Positions 37,020 through 40,352 of a stretch of 40,352 nucleotides of DNA are shown here, one piece after another. This DNA comes from Salisapilia sapeloensis CBS 127946 (taxonomy: Eukaryota; Protista; Oomycota), in the NCBI GenBank assembly GCA_023334545.1, contig JAADVB010000174.1, positions 1 to 40,352 of the forward strand. The letters are read 5' to 3'. The position numbers and the translations under genes were made by a program. The notes beneath the pieces were generated by a model. That model saw only the letters and a program-made list of their open reading frames with translations, searched no databases and was not told where the DNA came from. The stretch's first letter is position 1, and every line of letters starts with the position of its first letter.

Positions 37020-38495
37020 ATGACGATCGAGATGGTGATGCCTGCCTTCGAGTGGGACGAAGAGGACAAGCTCCTCTTCCAGTTCCTTTTGGAGGAGACG
37101 CCTCCGGACGGCCTATCTTCTCCGTCCGAAGCGTCCAGCAGTCCTGTCAAGCCCAAGGCTCCTTGTGCACAAGCGTCGACGAAAGCACGTCGTCGCGCCA
37201 AACTGACGCCGTCTGAGCGACGTGCCAAGCATCGCGAGGTCGTGAAACGGTCTTACCACCGTAATAAAGTACCTACAACTTGTTTTGTACCACCCATACC
37301 ACCATATTGATCTCTACTGTGTCTATAGGAAAAGCTTAGTGGTCTCCGGGAGACTGTCTCTAGTCTCGAGGCAAAGCTCGAGGCGTTGAGTCAGAAGAAC
37401 GGAGGTTTTCAGGTACAGGATGGAGGAAATAATTTGGGTCGAACGACTGTATCTGCATCGGATCGAGCCGAGAACCTCGTCCGACTCTGTCGGGAATTGA
37501 ATACCGAGTCATCTCAGCTACAAGCAGAAGCACAGCAGCTTCGCGAGACGTTCAATCAGCATCGAGATTTTCTCCAGTCTTTGCTTCAGTTGGAGCAGGA
37601 GCGTGTCGCTGCTTCATCTTCGTCGGAAGAAGAGTTTTATACAGATGAAGAGGCGTTTCCCACGACGTCTGATGAAGAGTTTTCACCTCTTACGAAAGAC
37701 AAGATGGATAAACCATCTCATGCATTCACAAAGCTGCCGATGCACGTAAACGACAGCTTTATCCGGTCGCCGATCGATACGGCTGCACGTCGCGAGCTCC
37801 ATTTTAAACCGTTGACGCACATCACGGCCAGGCAGATGGTCGACAGTACGTTGCAATCCATCGGTAACTTCCGTCTGAACGGCCAGGTGATCTCGACTGG
37901 CGGAAGTGTCTTTGGATGGGAAGATCGACGGGTGCAAGAGCATTCGGCCATCCACTTTTCACTCCGTAAGCGATTCGCTAGTACAGACGCAGAAAAGCTG
38001 CTGGTAGATACGTGGGAATGCTTTGCAGACGTCTTGTGCACGAAACAAAAGTTCCAGGGCGTCTTATTGGAATTGCGAGTGCTACAGCATATCGATGACG
38101 ATACCTTGGTGGCGGTGCGAGAGGCAAAGTGTCCTGGAGACAACAAGGTGTATCGATTCATGCACCTCTTGTTCCGCGTGCGTACATCTGATGGGTTTCT
38201 CCTTTGTATCAAGTCATTTGAGAATGATCTGGTGGTGAATAAGAATCGAGTGCGCATGAGTAAGGAAGGTTTGCCTGTCCAGTGGGTAGATAACAGTGGT
38301 TGGTTCCACTTTCGACCGACTGGATTTAACAATGAGACTGCCGAGGTCGAGTACGGCGGAAGTGTCGACTATGGCGACATGTCGTCTGTACCGGATATCG
38401 CAATGCGTGTGCTGTCTGTCGTCTTGCGATGGGAAGCGATGATCGTAGGACCGATGTTCACCCTTCCGTCTTCCGGACTAGACGTACGTTTGTAA
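37020..38495 (+). CDS. bZIP-like transcription factor with C-terminal START-like (M96-family-like) domain, paralog 1, 471 aa
   Basis: join(37020..37268,37329..38495); 60-nt intron at the basic/zipper junction. ERRAKHREVVKRSYHRNK|EKLSGLRETVSSLEAKLEAL (L-x6-L-x6-L). The C-terminal ~220 aa shares motifs with paralog 2. Confidence 0.8.
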
Positions 38496-38755
38496 GAGGA
38501 ATGCATTTTATATATACGTCACAAGAACATAATTTCGTTTTTGTCCTGTTACTCCTAAGTCGGTCGAGCGGATGTATATGATTTTCTTTCCTTAGACGAT
38601 ACAAATATATGTGGAAAATATATGGAGTTCCAGGGTATTTGATCTATATTAGCGTCCTCTACATTGTATTGGTTTTTCTTTTTTCTTTTCTTATTTTCGT
38701 TTGCCAAAACAAAAGAAAGAGTAAAGAAAAGACAGTTTAAAGTAGGTCAGAACCA

Positions 38756-40094
38756 ATGCAGACTGATCCAGCGGATAGCCGTACGTTGAGTCCTCCAGAC
38801 GCAGTACCAAGTGCTAACTCACATCCTCATGCACCATCTCCGTCCGTCGAGATACTACTGTCGAATCCAAAGTCGACGATGACGGAGAACAAGTACATCC
38901 ATCAGTCGACGCCAGACCAGAGTTTGGAAGAAATAGAGCGTCGATTGCGCCAGCAGCGACCGCATTTATCCTGGGATGAAGTCCGGAGTGCTGCAAAGGC
39001 CGAGTTAAAGCGTCTGCGTCACTGTGCAATCGTTCGACAGTCCCGAGCTCGGAAAAAGAATGCACGCAAGGACTTGAAAAAAGTGAATGATGAGCTCGAG
39101 ACGCAGTTACAGACGCTTGTAGATGCATACAAGCAACGTCCAAATTGGTATCGAGTAGATGAGTCGTCGACGCAAGATGTTTTATTCAAAAAGTTCCTCT
39201 TTTCGTTGGATGAAGTGCATGGCCTTCGATCCGAACAAAGTGACCTCAAGTCTCGATTGATGCTTCATGGGACGCTTGGCGAACAGCTACAGCGACTACA
39301 GAGTGATTATGAGGTACAAGTCATTCCTACACCTCTTCTATCTCTCGTAGTAATAGTAATATACGTAGATACCGAGACAGATCGGTACTCGGCCATCCGT
39401 GGGCAAAGTGCATTTCCGAGAGATTACGCAAGAAGAAGCTCGCGCTATCATGATCGACTCCCACCGCCAGGCAACTTCTTTTTTCGAAGCCATGCGATCG
39501 AATAAGAGTGAAAATGTCGGTGAGACGATGGGATGGACGCGCTTCCAACGGATTACGCCGGAAGGTAGTGTCCAGTTCAATTTCACCAAACGGCTTCATA
39601 CGATACGAGCCCACGACCTCGTGGAGAAAAGCTGGGCTATGTACTGTGACTTTGACTTGTACCATGGCGTCTACGCATCCGTCCAACGACTTGAAATCCT
39701 GCAGCACATCAATGAAGATACGCTACTCTTTCGACGTGACCTGCAGGAGAGTCCTGATGCTCCTATCTTTCGAACTGTTTTCCTCTTGTTCCGTATTCGA
39801 TTATCGAATGGTTACTTGATATGCTTTCGATCGCACAATCCGCATGTATTTGTCGACGATGACGATGATCCGAACGTCGAGTGGATGGAGATGTTCTACT
39901 GGCTCATGATCACAGACCCGCCGATGCAAGCGCCCGGTCAGCTCCAACCGGTCGGATGTGACGTTGCGTATGGCGGCAATATTTTAGATCAGAAGAGTGC
40001 CAAGCATGCGTTGCTTTGGAAGTACGAAGTTGCAATTACGTTGCTGCGATGGGAGAGCAATGCCGTTGCGCCTTTATTCTCATTTAATAGATGA
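38756..40094 (+). CDS. bZIP-like transcription factor with C-terminal START-like (M96-family-like) domain, paralog 2, 427 aa
   Basis: join(38756..39313,39369..40094); 55-nt intron. KRLRHCAIVRQSRARKKNARKDLKKVNDELETQLQTL; C-terminal GW..F..KR..W..ILQHINEDTL..FLLFRIR..GYLICFRS..VAYGG..LLRWE..VAPLF. Confidence 0.82.
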
Positions 40095-40352
40095 AGTGGA
40101 TGTAGTCGTTGCATGCGTATTTATGAGTAATCGATTTGAAAATGAAATACACTGGTAACTTGGCTTCGATTGCTTAGCCTATGTCAACGACGACCCTTTA
40201 CAAGAAGATATGTAACGTAGATACTTGGCCGAAATCGATGGCACGAATGGAAACGATCTGACTTGATTCTGGCTTCTGAGGCACCGGTTTCGCCTGCACG
40301 AAAGGAGGACCTCGCATGAGTGTCCCTGAGACGGAGAAACGCACGCGAATGG

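Noticed and set aside
40150-40352. Possible 3' end of a minus-strand gene or start of a plus-strand gene at the window edge
   Set aside because: All three minus frames are open for about 50 codons and a plus-strand ATG also exists; no motif picks a frame, so it cannot be supported.
1-40352. tRNA, rRNA, CRISPR arrays, transposons, RXLR/CRN effectors
   Set aside because: No cloverleaf, rRNA-like tract, spaced direct repeats, transposase/RT motifs, or signal peptide + RXLR-dEER/LFLAK found by eye; tRNAscan, Infernal and RepeatModeler runs would be decisive.

Overview
Gene-dense eukaryotic genomic DNA, most consistent with a flagellated oomycete (or close stramenopile). This rests on INR/FPR-like and CCAAT promoter motifs, an axonemal dynein light chain, a Sig/mastigoneme-like EGF protein and oomycete-type bZIP/START-like proteins. 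I assembled 17 protein-coding genes by hand, one of them partial. In order: cytosolic MDH 5' end (-), 614-aa hypothetical (-), DNALI1/p28 (+), LTA4H/M1 aminopeptidase (+), RPL34 (+), TOR (-), GPR107-like (+), FYVE-like (+), kinesin-7-like (-), pantoate-beta-alanine ligase (+), BLM-like RecQ (-), triple-PHD/PWWP-like protein (-), ArgRS (+), SPIN90/Dip1-like (+), coiled-coil (+), secreted EGF-repeat protein (+), small Cys + Pro/Gln/Tyr/Gly protein (+), plus two tandem bZIP + START-like genes (+) as an 18th and 19th locus. The models need 30 short GT-AG introns (50-79 nt). No rRNA, tRNA, CRISPR or mobile element is evident. The most unusual items are: a tandem pair of bZIP proteins with His at the invariant Asn, fused to a START-like domain; a RecQ carrying a GRF zinc finger and hidden 5' exons with a BLM-type NNL motif; a SET-less NSD-like chromatin reader with UBZ-like fingers; a tail-anchored LTA4H; an orientation-inverted CYSTM-like protein; and gene junctions of only 18-20 bp. 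All family assignments are by motif recognition, without database searches.
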